A DNA stretch of 62,441 nucleotides, counting the filler, from Collodictyon triciliatum (lineage: Eukaryota): the NCBI GenBank assembly GCA_043381765.1. It is 8 parts of 7 records of this genome, joined end to end, with 100 filler letters (N's around TTAATTAATTAA, not from the genome) between each part and the next. Parts side by side here need not be neighbours in the genome. Positions count along the whole stretch, not along the records: positions 1 to 10,163 come from JBHJMP010002771.1; positions 10,264 to 20,427 come from JBHJMP010002772.1; 6 more parts are not named here. The stretch is one strand, 5' to 3'. The position numbers were made by a program, and so were the translations under genes. Positions 1 to 12,752 of this stretch are shown piece after piece. A model generated the notes under the pieces. It saw only the letters and a program-made list of their open reading frames with translations, did no database searches and had not been told where the DNA came from. The stretch's first letter is position 1. Every line of letters starts with the position of its first letter.

Positions 1-530
1 GTGCAATGTCCCTTCGCTCAAAACCTGCGCGAAACAGCCGGTGAGATTCTTCGACTGACACTCAAGACGGCTGCGGCTGTTGGCCCAATCCAGGCGATAT
101 TTGGCCCTCTGCAACAGCTGCGTCCAGATGCAAAAACACTCTGGGCAGTGACGCGAGGCCATTTGCTATGGGCTATGTGGATAGCGCGCATATATTTACG
201 CAAAGCAAGACTCAACAACCAGCCGCCCATTCTTGATAACAGGCTGGATGACATCATACAAATCTCTTTCCTCAATAGCTTTCTTCGCCACCTGCACGTT
301 CTCTACTACACAGACCCCGTGAGAAGAGACATGTGGAAAGAGGCTGAGAAAGAGATTCAACCTCGCCTTGTCTCTCTCATGCAAGCACAAGACCCAGGTT
401 ACAGGCCAAAGCGCAGGATGCAATTACTGATTACCGACTACTTCTCCGCCATCCGACCACCAAATAGTGCGTTTATGCAAACAAAGGCTAGCTAACCAAA
501 GCCAACATCTCCACCATCCTGTACACTGAA
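1..530 (+). mobile_element. 3' end of an L1-clade non-LTR retrotransposon (ORF2 C-terminus and short 3' UTR), cut by the window start
   Basis: ORF 1..495 begins CPFA (tail of the L1 CCHC finger) and contains LLWAMWIAR. It is closely similar to 56518..56872(-), which is fused to an RT domain, and to 25194..25325. Confidence 0.8.
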
Positions 531-996
531 AGAAATATAATTAAATGAAGAGCTCCATAACATTTTTTTAAGTCAAGCTTTCCGAGTTGAAATCACCATC
601 TCATACACTCCTGTTCATCCGAAGGAGTAAAACAAGAAAGTGGACGACCCAGGCTGCAGACACACCACCAGACTAATATGTACCTGCTATAATCAAGAAG
701 AGGAAGGAATGACTGTAATTCATCCACCTTTGACAGGAAATTGGGCTACTATTATTGTGAAAAGTTTGAATTTTTTTATGAATATTAAGTTTTGTTAACA
801 AAAAGTCATTTTTAAGAGTACTACTTTCTGTGTGATAGTGTTAAGACGCATATTTTGGGTTTTAAGTGTTACGCTCAATAGTCATTTGCACGAATCGTGG
901 CAGTATTGAGTCCTGCTGTAGTAAACAAACTCAAGGTAAGTTACTAAGAATTTTAAAACCTATTAATTCAATTATCTTCAATTTAATTTCACACAC

Positions 997-1175
997 CGTT
1001 TTTCCAAAGCATAATGCCATTAGGTCTGACAGGATTTGATTTATAAAACGTTTCCAAAGCATAATGCCAACAGGTCTGACGCAATTTGATATATAAAACG
1101 TTTCCGAAGCATAGTGCCAATAGGTCTGACAATTTGATATATGAAACGTTTCCAGAGCATAGTGCCAAATAGTCT
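997..1175 (+). repeat. Tandem minisatellite, about 50-bp unit, about 3.5 copies
   Basis: Units resembling cgtttccaaagcataatgccaaYaggtctgac...atttgatWtataaaa repeat directly with no unique spacers. Confidence 0.85.
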
Positions 1176-3190
1176 CAGATCAGAGGTTACATAAGGTTTT
1201 CCCCTCGACCTACATTGTCCTAATTAATTTAAACAATATACGACCAGGGAGTATGGCATAGAGCTCCGATGAAAAGAACGCATGTGAAATCATTTCATCA
1301 ACCTTATGACATTCGTTGACCGACAACCTGAATGTAATTATTAAATATAATAATACAGAGATAAACTTAATATGAAGACACTCAGAAGAAAGAACACATC
1401 GAAGCAATTTTATTTCGAAATCACATCGCATTATGATTTATTATATCAGAAGATGTAATATTTGTTTGAATGGGATTGCATGTGAATGAAACAATAATGA
1501 AGAGAAATCAGAGTAAATTTAAAATAAATATGTGAAAATGGCACATCTGATCATTTTCCTGTACGAAGTTACATTAAAATGTACGAATGCCCCTTTTTTC
1601 TTAAAATTATTGAATTTTTGTTCAGTATAAATTGATTTTAACGCATGTGCTCATTTTCAATAGGTAGTCAATCCTACTCTCATTAAAACCTTCACTGAAT
1701 AGCTTGATGCTTTTTTTTTTCCAAAGATGAATGGAAAAGAATCCTAGAATTTCAACCAATTATTCAAAAATACGATTCTTATTTTAATAGAAACAGTGGA
1801 GCAATATTTTTCAGCTATATTTTTCAAGTAGTGCATACGTTCTGGAAATCTAGAGGCATAGTAAATGCCATATAAATTATTTGACAGATTTCTTTGTACT
1901 CATAGGAATGAAAATATTGATTTAAAGAAAAGGATATATTCAAATCAGTATATTATAAAAATTTTACCCATAATTATCTTTAAAACCACAACTGATTTAG
2001 TTTAGACAAAAAAATGAACAATATTGTATCTTTACTTACTCAGAGTTTATTTCTTGGATACATAAATTGTTGATAATTTGCTAGTTTAGATATCCAGACA
2101 TCGATTAAGACCAATTTACATGTCGCCTCCTTTTAATAATTCTATTTTAATATAGCAATTTTTTAAATAATGTCATCTTTAGAATCCTTTTTAATTGAAA
2201 ACATTCAATGCAATTATGGACTTCTGGAGAAGATAAAATAAATATCTGTGAAATTCTTCCTATTGGAAAAGAATGAAAATATTAATCAAAATTAAAAACT
2301 ATTAAAACAATAATAATAACCAATAAACTCAATGTTCCTCAATAACATATATCCAAGGCCTTCTACCTTTATGGAATCCGAGTTGCGAACAAAAAAGGAT
2401 AGTCACATTGGAGTAGGATTTTTATTGTCTAATAATGTAAATGTAATCTGCAAAAATTTGGTGTTTTGATCAATTTTATCTAAGAAGCCCTAAGTTAATT
2501 GCCTCAATCTAATAAAAAAAATCATTCAAAAAATAATCTCACGAATGATGTCCTTGATTTTACCTGCTTTAGATTTTTCATTCCACCGATTTTTCAAGAC
2601 CAGGGTATGAATCAATCATTTTTCACATATTTAGACTCGCCCAGCATTTCTTTGTCAAAGATGTACATACATATATTATATCATGGTTGATTTCTGCTGC
2701 TTTTTCTCTGAGCTGACTATTAACTAAAAATTGGTGATACCACTCCTAAAAGAATAAACGGAGATGTTTCTGAAACTGAATTCTATGTCGAAGGTTCTCT
2801 ATAAATTAAATATGAACATAATTTAGTAATATACATGATTATTAAATTATATATTTCACATCTGATATATAATACTTGAATACTTAAAATAGGACGGGCT
2901 GCCATCAAAATTTCAAAGGTATTTGTTCAGAACATGTTGTAGATAAGGCTATCATCTTGTCACTAAATCGAAAAATATCTGCTCATATCTTAAAAAAACC
3001 AAAATTAACGTCAATAAACCACAGGAAATAGGAGAAGGTAAGAAATAGTGATTCCTATATTGTGTTAATTAAAATATGGAATTAATTGTATTTACATTTT
3101 TTCGATAATTAAAGTACTTGCTCTCTACATGCAAAAATGTTTTCTGTAGTTTTATTAAAATTATGTTGTTATTTTGATTTAAACATGTAG

Positions 3191-6100
3191 CTCTAACTGA
3201 AGAAGAAAAAACACCGTTTATTGGGGTTATAATCCCCCCAAATGTCGATCCTAGCGCTTTTTATGAGATTCCCTGCTCCAGAAACTCTTTTGCAAATAAA
3301 TTACTTGGAAATGGAAATGTTCTCTACTATCCATTGGCAAAGGGCGGAGGCAAAGATTCTTTTGGCGGTTCAAAAGCACCATCAACTTCAGGGACACTGA
3401 AATTTAGTTATGAGGATGATTTCAAAGAAGGACAGTCGGATGCACATCCAGAAGATATGTACAAGTCTCTGGAATTTCAGTTAAATTCAGGAATGGATAA
3501 GACGAGTAACATTCTGCAAATGTCACAAATACTTTTCACTCAATTTATTTTAAGTAAAGAAAGAGATAGAGAAATAAGATTACTGGAGCGATTTCGAGAT
3601 GTACATGCATCAATTATAGCTAAACACACTCAATACCTTCGAGAACAAGCTCTAATAATTGATAGACATAACGAAAAGATACAAGAATGGATACAAAACA
3701 CAATTGAAAGAGCACCGATGGCAGCTACATCTGAAGTTAGCCACCCAAAAATTGATTCGGCTACTCCAGCGATAAAAACGGAGGATGATAGCCCAAGTAG
3801 AGCGGAATTCAATTTCGATGACTCAACAACAAGTAAACCGAATTTGGCCTCCGACAACGAGGAATCTAAAATGTGCGAGTTTATTAAGACACCCACAAAC
3901 TCCTCCGAGCTTGCAAAATCCATATATGAGCAACGAGACCAACAGTCTGATAAATATAGCGTTGAAAAGATAAGAGCTCTTCGTTTAATCAATCTTTTCA
4001 TTAAGGAACCGACTGCTTGGGACGAGAGCTTGGATGAACTTACTGCACTGGCACCAGCAGGAGACAAACTGATTTCAGAGAAGCTGATAACTGCTATTGG
4101 TACGATGATAGAGAAAAAAACGGAGAAGTTGGACCGTGTGCTGGACGGATTAAATATTGTCGTGGGTAATACACTCAAAGAGGATTTCGACCACACGTTG
4201 CTTGCTCAAGTCCTTGATATTCTGATAAACCGTATCGGAACTCTGTATGTTTCGGATGAAGCTCTATGCAGAAAAATATTGGATAATCTGATTTCCATCC
4301 TGAATTCTCTCTATATTTCTGGTGCATCAGGAATACCTGAAGAAAAATACACGGCATACAAAGAGAAATTTGGACAGAGCTGGATTGATAAGAAAATTAA
4401 GACTCTTGGTGAAGAAATCGAGAAAAAGATGCAAAATCAGTATGTTCAGGCCAAGAAATCCTTGTTCTGTGAGCTACTTAAGAATATTGGCGACGGCCAG
4501 AGCCCAGTCGTGAAGAATCTTAAAATTGCTGGCAAAGTTGGGCTTGGTCTGTTCAACGCTGCTTCTGCTGCACGCACTTTTGACATCAGTGGCACTCTGG
4601 CCTCATTGAAGGAGGTTGCCACCGGTATGAGAGAAATTGATATTAGAAAGGATTGGTTTACATTCTATCAAACGTTTCGCGTAAATTTATTCATCAGTGC
4701 CGATAGCGCAAGAGAGGCATGGAATTCTCAATTTTCCGAAAAGAAGGATAAAGATGGAGAAATTCTAGGATTCCTCATAATCGACACGATTTGCGAATGC
4801 TATCGCCACAAACACAATAGCTCTGAGGGACAAAAAGTCCGCGAATTGATAGAATACATCACGCAACATGAAAAATGGCTTAAAAGCGAGGTTATTAACC
4901 GGTTTGTGGAAACAAAAAAGCAAGAAATGACAATATTTAAGCCAAAAGTGTCAAAATTACCTACGACTTTTTTTGAAAAAGCTGGTAAAGACGAAAGAAC
5001 AATTCAAGACATCATCGAGAATATCAAGGAAGAAACCATCCGAAACGAAGAATTCAAAAGTCGTTTTAATACTTACATCTCTGGCCAAGCCGAAAGAATT
5101 GCTGAGAAAGGAAAGGCGTTTGATGCCCAAGAACACATCCTGAAGTTCGTCGAACCTGGAAATGAAAAAGTGCTGCTCATCCTTGGAGATTCCGGCTCTG
5201 GAAAATCATTGCTGCAACAATATATTGTGCAATTGCTTTGGAAAAAGTATGAACATGGAAAGTCACCTATTCCATTGTATGTAGCCCTCACATCTTTAAA
5301 AGAGCCCAGACAAAATGCCATCGAGGAACTGCTTCTTTCTGAAAGTAAAAACAGCTTCTATATCCCAGACTCTGATTTCCGAGCCGATCAAATCAAAGAA
5401 CTGAAAAATATGAGATTGATCATATTTCTAGATGGTTACGATGAGATTGAAGATGATGGAAAATCCTTTTATAAATCAAATAAGCTTGAAGAATGGCCCA
5501 ACTGCAAGTTTGTGATTGGGTGCCGAAAGCAGTTTTTGGACAAGAAATCTCAGTATCAATCGCTGTTTGCACCCAAAGTTAAGGAAGTATATTCTCTGGA
5601 TGAAATATACCTGAGACCTTTTGAAAGTAAGCAAAGACTGGAATATTTCAACAAGTATGCTGAGAAAAATTCCATTGAAGGATGGAAAAAAGGTGTTTAT
5701 TATGAGAAAGAGCTGAAGAAAATTAAGGAGCTGGACGAATTGGCTGTCACTCCGTTTATGATTTTCATGGCAGCCACCACACTCCCGTCCATACTGAAGG
5801 ACAGAGCTGGGTCAAAGTCCAAAGATTTTGCAAAAATCCTGAGAACAGACTTTCTGGAGAAGTTTTCAAAGAGGTGGTTTGAACGCGAAAGAGAAAAGCT
5901 TGAAAGTAACATGTCCTTGAAGCAAAAAATGCCAGAGGATATTGAAAGTTTGCTTTGGAATAAATGCAAAGATATTGCAAAAATCATGTTCCAGAAAGGC
6001 CATCCTGCTTTGCAGTACGACAAAGTTGAGGGGAAGGCAAAGAAGCACGAATATGACGAATTTTTCGATCCTCGTCCAGACCATACGATTGACGGTGAGC

Positions 6101-8748
6101 TAACTTACTCTGCCTTTGTATTGCGATGTGCACCCATTAAGAAATCTAGTGCTACAACGTATGAGTTCTTCCACAAATCGCTCTACGAATTCTTTGCTGC
6201 TGAATACATCATAGACAAAATCAATGGTTCAGATGCGGAAAGTCAAGACTATACCCAATTACCAATGGTAGCTCAAAATGTTTCAACTTCCTCTGAACCG
6301 ACGAATTCTATGCTTGGGAAATCTGAAGTTGAATCATCAAGTTTGAATTCTTCAAATATTCTTGATAACAAGCTTGAGTTTGATATTCTGCTCAACCTGA
6401 GTGAAAAAGTGAATAGAGACAAAGCCTACAAAGACAATCTGTTTTCAATTATCGAGCAGTCCAAGACTGATGCAAGCAAAGCGCAAGCTGCATCGAATGC
6501 CATTACAATTCTGAATTTTGCTGATGTTTCATTCAGTGGCATGGATTTCAGAGGGATTCATATTCCAAATGCCGACATGTCACAATGTGTTGCTGATGGT
6601 GCTGACTTCACTGGTGCCAATTTGAAAGGGGTGGTTTTCGATAATGCGTGCATTTCGAACTGTGTTTTTGACGATGCGAAGATGGATAATCTCAAGTTTG
6701 GTCGCTTATTCCTTTTTAAAGGCCATAACAAGCATGTTATTAGTTTGTTTGGTATCCAAGGACCGAATGGTGAAAACTGGTTGGCTTCTGGAAGTGAAGA
6801 TAATAAAATACATATTTGGGATGTAGCCTTGCGAAAACAAATCAAAACATTGACTGGTCATGAAGGTGCTGTCAACAGTGTTTGCAGTATTCAAGGACCG
6901 GATGGTGAAAACTGGTTGGCTTCTGGAAGTAAAGATAAAATAATACGCATTTGGGATGTAGCCACAGGAAAACAAATCAAAACATTGACTGGTCATGAAG
7001 GTGCTGTCAAGAGCATTTGCAGTATTCAAGGACCGAATGATGAAAAATGGTTGGCCTCTGGAAGTCAAGATAGAACCATACGTGTTTGGGATGTGGCCAC
7101 AGAAAACCAAATCAAAACATTGGAAGGTCATGAAGGTGCTGTCAATATCGTTTGCAGTATTCAAGGACTGAATGGTGAAAACTGCTTGGCTTCTGGAAGT
7201 CATGATAAAATAATACGTTTGCAGATAATATCGATGAAAAATCTAATGGAAAGATCCAAGTGTCATGAAAAAAATATCACCAACCTTTGTAGCATTCAAG
7301 GACCGAATGGTGAAAAATGGTTGGCTTCTGGAAGTGATGATAAAACCGTTCGTATTTGGGATGCAGTCACAGGATGTCGAATCAAAACATTAGAAGGTCA
7401 TACACATTATGTCAAATGTATTTGCAGCATCCAAGGACCGAATGGTGAAAACTGGTTGGCTTCTGGAAGTTTTGACAAATCAATACGTATTTGGGATGTA
7501 ACCACAGGAAACCAAATCAAAACATTAAAAGAACATACAGCTACTGTTAGCCATGTTTGTGTCATTCAAGGTCCCTATGATGAAAACTGGCTGGTTTCAG
7601 GAGGTTACGATGGCACAATACGTATTTGGGATGTAGCCATAGGAGACCAAATCAAAAAATTAGAGGGCCACAAAGGTCAAATCAAATGTGTTTGCAGTAT
7701 TCAAGGACCAAATGGTGAAAGTTGGTTGGCTTCTGGAGGTGAGGATAAAACAATACGTATTTGGGATATAGCCACAGGTGATCAGCTTAAAATGCTAAAA
7801 GGGCATACAAAAGATATCACCAGTATTTGTGCTATTGAAGGACCGAATAATGAAAAGTGGTTGGCTTCTGGAAGTGAAGATAAAACAATACGTATTTGGG
7901 ATGTAGCCAAAGGTGATCAGCTTAAAATGCTAAAAGGGCATATAAGTACTATCACCAGCATTTGTGCTGTTCGAAGACCGAATGGTGAAAACTGTTTGGC
8001 CTCTGGAGGTTGTGATAGTACAATACATATCTGGGACATTCATGTTGAAAAATGCATTCAAGTAATCGAGGGACATACAGGGGCCATTCGAAGCATCTGT
8101 ACTATTCCAGGGCCTAATGGTGATATTTGGTTGGCTTCTGGAAGTGATGATAAAACGATGCGTTTATCTGAAATATCATCCGATAATCAGTTAGATAGAC
8201 AACAAAAAATTGCAACATCCGCCGCTGGATTGACACAATATAAGAGAGAAGATAAAATGAGTAAAGGAGTCGATTATTGGTGTACAAGAACTATTAGAAT
8301 TATCGGTTCAAGGCAGTCAGAGTTCAAGAGAATTCGAATTAATGAAAAATGTGAGTTAAGCTCGGTTGATAAGGAGTTGTTTCTACTTGAAGGTGCTGTT
8401 TCCTTTGATAAAGACTTTGTGGAATATTGCGAACAGGGCGAATGTACAAAGTTTCAGGCTCAAATGGTAGTGGAATGCTATAAAAATGGTTGGGGTGTTG
8501 AGAAGAGCACTAAGAGAGCAACTGAGTGGTTGATAAAGGCTGAAAACTTTGATGAACTGAAGCAACTGGCTCAAGAAGGGTCAAAAGACGCTTTCAATAT
8601 TTTGAAAGAATATGTTGAAAAGAAGGATAAAGGCGAACACAAATGTCCTCGAGCTATTTCAACTCTTGCTGAATGCTACAAAAATGGTTGGGGTGTCGCA
8701 ATAGACACAAAGAAAGCAGCCGAATGGCTTAAAAAAGAAAAAATTTAA
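3191..8748 (+). CDS. NLR-like STAND protein: helical N-terminal region, NACHT NTPase, pentapeptide repeats, 11 WD40 repeats, 2 Sel1-like repeats. Very large terminal exon; upstream exon(s) likely
   Basis: Walker A GDSGSGKS (about 5185), Walker B LIIFLDGYDE, FFHKSLYEFFAA winged-helix motif, ASNAITILN followed by pentapeptide FSGMDFRGIHIPNADMSQ, 135-nt WD40 units at 6706..8190, and two CYKNGWGV motifs. The frame stays open upstream of the TTG at 3334 back to an AG acceptor at 3189-3190, and a GTAAGA donor lies at about 3038. Confidence 0.9.
6706..8190 (+). repeat. Coding tandem array of 11 WD40 units (135 nt, 45 aa) with high internal similarity
   Basis: Units start every 135 nt (6841, 6976, 7111 ... 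8056); consensus IKTLxGHxxxVxxICSIQGPNGENWLASGSxDxTIRIWDVATGxQ. Confidence 0.95.
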
Positions 8749-8909
8749 TGAGGTTTTTTTTGTTTATTCAATAAGAATTTAATGATGTAAATATTAATCA
8801 TAATAACCTCAATAGAGCACAGGAATCCTGTTGTGGACTTCAGGCACAACTGAATATTTCTCAAAACTCAAATAAAAATCAAGACCGAATAAAAACGACT
8901 GAAATTAAC

Positions 8910-8959
<50 letters not shown>

Positions 8960-8968
8960 GTCTTTCTG

Positions 8969-9038
<70 letters not shown>

Positions 9039-9042
9039 CACC

Positions 9043-9074
<32 letters not shown>

Positions 9075-9480
9075 GTGGACAAACAAAGGTATCTATCAGA
9101 GTGAACCTAGAAACAAATATCATTCAGTCACCAACCGAGGGAAAAAACAATCGGGCAGGCACTTTCTGACATGACAGGTGCCGAGTTCGCCAAAAGAATA
9201 TAAATGGAGGCGAGCTTATCGCCTCTGACACAACACAGGCAAACTCCTCTCTTTCTCTCTTTCTCTCTTTCTCTCTTTCTCTCTTTCTCTCTTTCTCTCT
9301 TTCTCTCTTTCTCTCTTTCTCTCTTTCTCTCTTTCTCTCTTTCTCTCTTTCTCTCTTTCTCTCTTTCTCTCTTTCTCTCTTTCTCTCTTTCTCTCTTTCT
9401 CTCTTTCTCTCTTTCTCTCTTTCTCTCTTTCTCTCTTTCTCTCTTTCTCTCTTTCTCTCTTTCTCTCTTTCTCTCTTTCT
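8910..9480. repeat. Microsatellites (TCTA)n and (GAT)n, and a CT-rich tandem repeat
   Basis: Directly visible simple repeats at 8910-9038, 9043-9073 and 9247-9480. Confidence 0.95.
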
Positions 9481-9516
9481 CGACTTTTTACGCCGAGAGA
9501 TCGATCGTAGGTGGTA

Positions 9517-9927
9517 TGGCGTGCATGGAGGCAACAGGCGATGCAGCAAAGCTAAGAAGTCGGTTCAAAAGCGGGGGCTTCAAGTATTCGAATGCGTCGT
9601 TTCGGCTGAAGCGCACCGAACATGAGCTTACCAAGTTGGAGAGATTCAACATTGTCCGAGGAATGCTTCTTACGTTCGGCGATCTAATCACCGATGCGCT
9701 CGTTTTGCAAGAGTTCTTTGAGGCCGACGAGCTATTCTGGTGCGTCCGGTTGCTTCGATGCTCTCTTACACAAGTTCAAAGGGGCGTGGATGATGAACAA
9801 ATGCACACACACACACATTCATTCCATATCACTACGCCTCAAATCATCATGAATCTATGTTGCAGGTTTGTGTTATCTGTCATCATAATCGTGAACCGTA
9901 CTATCATCACCGCTGTCGTTGGTTCGG
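9517..9927 (+). CDS. Exons of a probable XK-related (scramblase-like) membrane protein, partial
   Basis: Exon ...IVRGMLLTFGDLITDALVLQEFFEADELFW, a GT-AG intron at 9740..9865, then FVLSVIIIVNRTIITAVVGS. This resembles the DxxTD...W...TM start of XK-family proteins. The gene runs off the segment. Confidence 0.45.
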
Positions 9928-10064
9928 GTAATTATGCACCGTGAATCACGAGTCTTTTCCTTTTGCTCTCTGAGTCTTTATAATAGTGAGAAAATAGGAA
10001 ATGAACAATAAATTGAGAAATCGAATAGTAAATATGATTTATATTAAACCGCTATAGTTAATTC

Positions 10065-10163
<99 letters not shown>

Positions 10164-10263
10164 NNNNNNNNNNNNNNNNNNNNNNNNNNNNNNNNNNNNN
10201 NNNNNNNTTAATTAATTAANNNNNNNNNNNNNNNNNNNNNNNNNNNNNNNNNNNNNNNNNNNN
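10164..10263. other. Artificial contig linker (N44-TTAATTAATTAA-N44)
   Basis: An identical 100-nt linker with stops in all six frames occurs at 10164, 20428, 30684, 35208, 39023, 49281 and 59537. Confidence 0.97.
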
Positions 10264-10370
10264 TTTTTATTGGGTTTTTTATTGGGTTTTTTATTGGGTT
10301 TTTTATTGGGTTTTTTATTGGGTTTTTTATTGGGTTTTTTATTGGGTTTTTTATTGGGTTTTTTATTGGT
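10264..10370 (+). repeat. (TTTTTTATTGGG)n 12-mer tandem repeat
   Basis: About 9 direct copies at the segment start. Confidence 0.9.
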
Positions 10371-10819
10371 TCTTTATTGTTTCTTTTTATTTTATTTTGT
10401 GAATAGAAAACCTAAATATCATATTTAATTGTAGAAAGAGAAAGAACTTATAGAACTCCAACATCACCGGGATGTTGAGGTTGGTGCGATACAGCTAAAA
10501 TATGAAGAAGCTGTGAGTATTGCATCTGGAATAGAATTGGTTTTTCTTATCCAATTCAAATGTCCATAAATAATGTAAAAGAAAACTTTGTAATAGCACT
10601 GTGTGGGGTGCTAGATGATGTATGGTGAATATATCATAATGGGAAATGTGTCTGTGATTTGTACGGAAGCCAGACAATTTTATGAAGCTAGCTTCTCATT
10701 ATTAATCATCTTGCCTTTATTTTATCTCATTTATCTTTTTATATATTTTGCCTTAATTTTTTTTATTTTGGTGATATTTCCTAATCATGAATATTCCTCT
10801 CATCACACAAACTATATAG

Positions 10820-11212
10820 GTGGCGTCGATGACAAAGCTCACGCAATCTCTCGATGCACGAAACTCTTCATTGAGCAGCGAACTTCACTACTCGCATAGA
10901 GAAATCGAGGTGAATTGGTTCTCATCAACACCACTCATCCCTTAGTCTTGTTTGATGCTATAGACTTCCTCACTGTATGTCTTTCTGCGCGGTAGATGTT
11001 GAAGGGACAGCGCAGAAACCTCGAGTCTCGTAGCTCAGATGCAGGCTCTGAACTCGGTGAAGCCATTTCCGCCCCATCATCACCTTACTCATCAAGACGC
11101 TTTGGCGGGTGCGTTTTTCTACACAAAGCAGATAGAACGTGAGACAAGAGTGAAGGGGATGGGAAACTAGACAAACAATTATATTCATCCGTCCGAAATT
11201 ATTGGTTGATTT

Positions 11213-11251
<39 letters not shown>

Positions 11252-11266
11252 TATTGACTTATCGAC

Positions 11267-11311
<45 letters not shown>

Positions 11312-11900
11312 AGATTGATAGATTGATAGATTGATAGATTGATAGATTGATTGATTGGTTGATTGGTTGATTGATTGATTGATTTATTGATTTATTGATT
11401 TGGAGAGAGTGAGAGTGTGTATAACGAGGTCGAGGGAATGGCATATTTCGAGCACACCCAAAACCCAATCGACCTTTCCTGTAGGAGCGACGGTCATGTC
11501 TTCGCGGGGCGCCAGCCAGGGCATCCCCAGCGTCATTCTCTTGGGACAGACACCCTCCCCCTGACGAATCCTCTCTCGGACGAGAAGCCATTCAGCGCCC
11601 ATCGCCCATTCCAACAGACTCGCCTCGAGGTTCTGTTTGCGTCTTGCTTACATTTGTGTTCCTCTGTTTCGCTTCCTTCTTTTCTTCTTGTTCTTTTTTC
11701 TGCCTCTGACGCAACGCACAGTTGGGGCCGCCTCGGACAGCGGAGCAGCCGCAGCAGAACACCGCCCAGCGGGGGCGCTCTGAGGCGGGCAACCCAGGAT
11801 CCTTCCTGCAGGTGAGTCCGCCACGAGAGCGGACGTCTCATTTGTCCGCAGGCCCGACCGGGAGTCCTTTGCCGCAGGCCCGAGACTCGACCCCCGAGTA
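10820..11900 (+). CDS. 3' exons of a hypothetical spliced gene (low-complexity, Pro/Ser-rich)
   Basis: Successive GT-AG bounded open segments (VASMTKLTQSLDARN..., MLKGQRRNLESRSS..., SDGHVFAGRQPG..., LGPPRTAEQPQQ...), one intron containing (ATTG)n. No recognisable domain. Confidence 0.35.
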
Positions 11901-12068
11901 GGCGCACCCGGCACGACTCACATGCGCCCATAAAGGCAGGCAGCTTGGCTGACTCCAAAAGGCTGCGGTTGGGCAGATCTGCGCTGGGCAGTGGTGGAGG
12001 GGCGCAAGGAAGGGTTCTGGGCAGGGGGTGGTTTGCTGTGTGGGTACGGAGGGCACTCAAGCGAGACT

Positions 12069-12752
12069 TTATTCGTCGTCCTCTTCGTCCTCGTTGGACT
12101 GGTCGATACTGTAGTAGCGGAGCTCATAGGAGGTCTTGTTGGTGGCGACAACACGGAGCCAGTCGCGGAGCTGATTCTTCTTGAGGAACTTCTGCTCATG
12201 GCGCAGCGGTGAGTGGGCGTCGCACTCGACAGACGAGGGCGGTGCGTAGGTACGGAGGAAAAAGACAAGAGTCTGAGATTGATCCACAAACCTTGGTCAA
12301 GTACTTGAGGTAGCGCTTGGAGAACTCAATGTTGGCAGTGATGGTCAGCTTGCTCTTGTCGCGGGAGACAGAGACAGAGTCGCCGAGGTTTCCGGCTTTT
12401 CCGTTGACCTTGATGCGGTCATGCAGGAACTTCTCCTGTGGTGGATCGGCTGAATGTTAGATGTAGAAATAAAAGTCCACGTAGGCGTCTGTTTGAGGGA
12501 AGTAAAAAGCGATGTTATGTGTATGGTTGCTTAGAAGCTGGGCAGGTGACTTACGAAGGCTGCAAGGTCGAGAATCTTGTCGTTGACTGGGGAGGAGCAG
12601 TCAATGACGAACTTGTGGGTGACCTTCTTTGCGGCCTTGGACTTGGGGACCTTTGACTAGAATAGAGTCGAGTCAGTGAGTGACATTGCGACCTGTTTGG
12701 TCGAGGACACGGTTTAGATTGACTACGACGTAGCACTTACGCGGATGGCCAT
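12069..12752 (-). CDS. RPL22: 60S ribosomal protein L22 (eL22), 4 exons: 12752-12741, 12656-12555, 12435-12292, 12191-12069
   Basis: Spliced product [126 protein letters not shown]; all three introns are GT-AG and phase 0. Confidence 0.97.

Noticed and set aside
997-1175. Possible CRISPR array
   Set aside because: Units are contiguous with no unique spacers, no cas genes are present, and the context is eukaryotic.
9124-9549. ORFs of REREKERK, poly-I, poly-Y, poly-L, FLFL or MYVC type here and at 28122, 34591, 37675, 51477, 55026 and 61058
   Set aside because: These are translations of microsatellites or N gaps, not genes.
10208-10219. Recurrent TTAATTAATTAA palindrome as a biological motif
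   Set aside because: It is always centred in identical N runs, so it is an artificial six-frame-stop linker.
10264-10370. (TTTTTTATTGGG)n as a telomere
   Set aside because: The G-rich strand points inward from the left end, the wrong orientation for a telomere, and the array is short.
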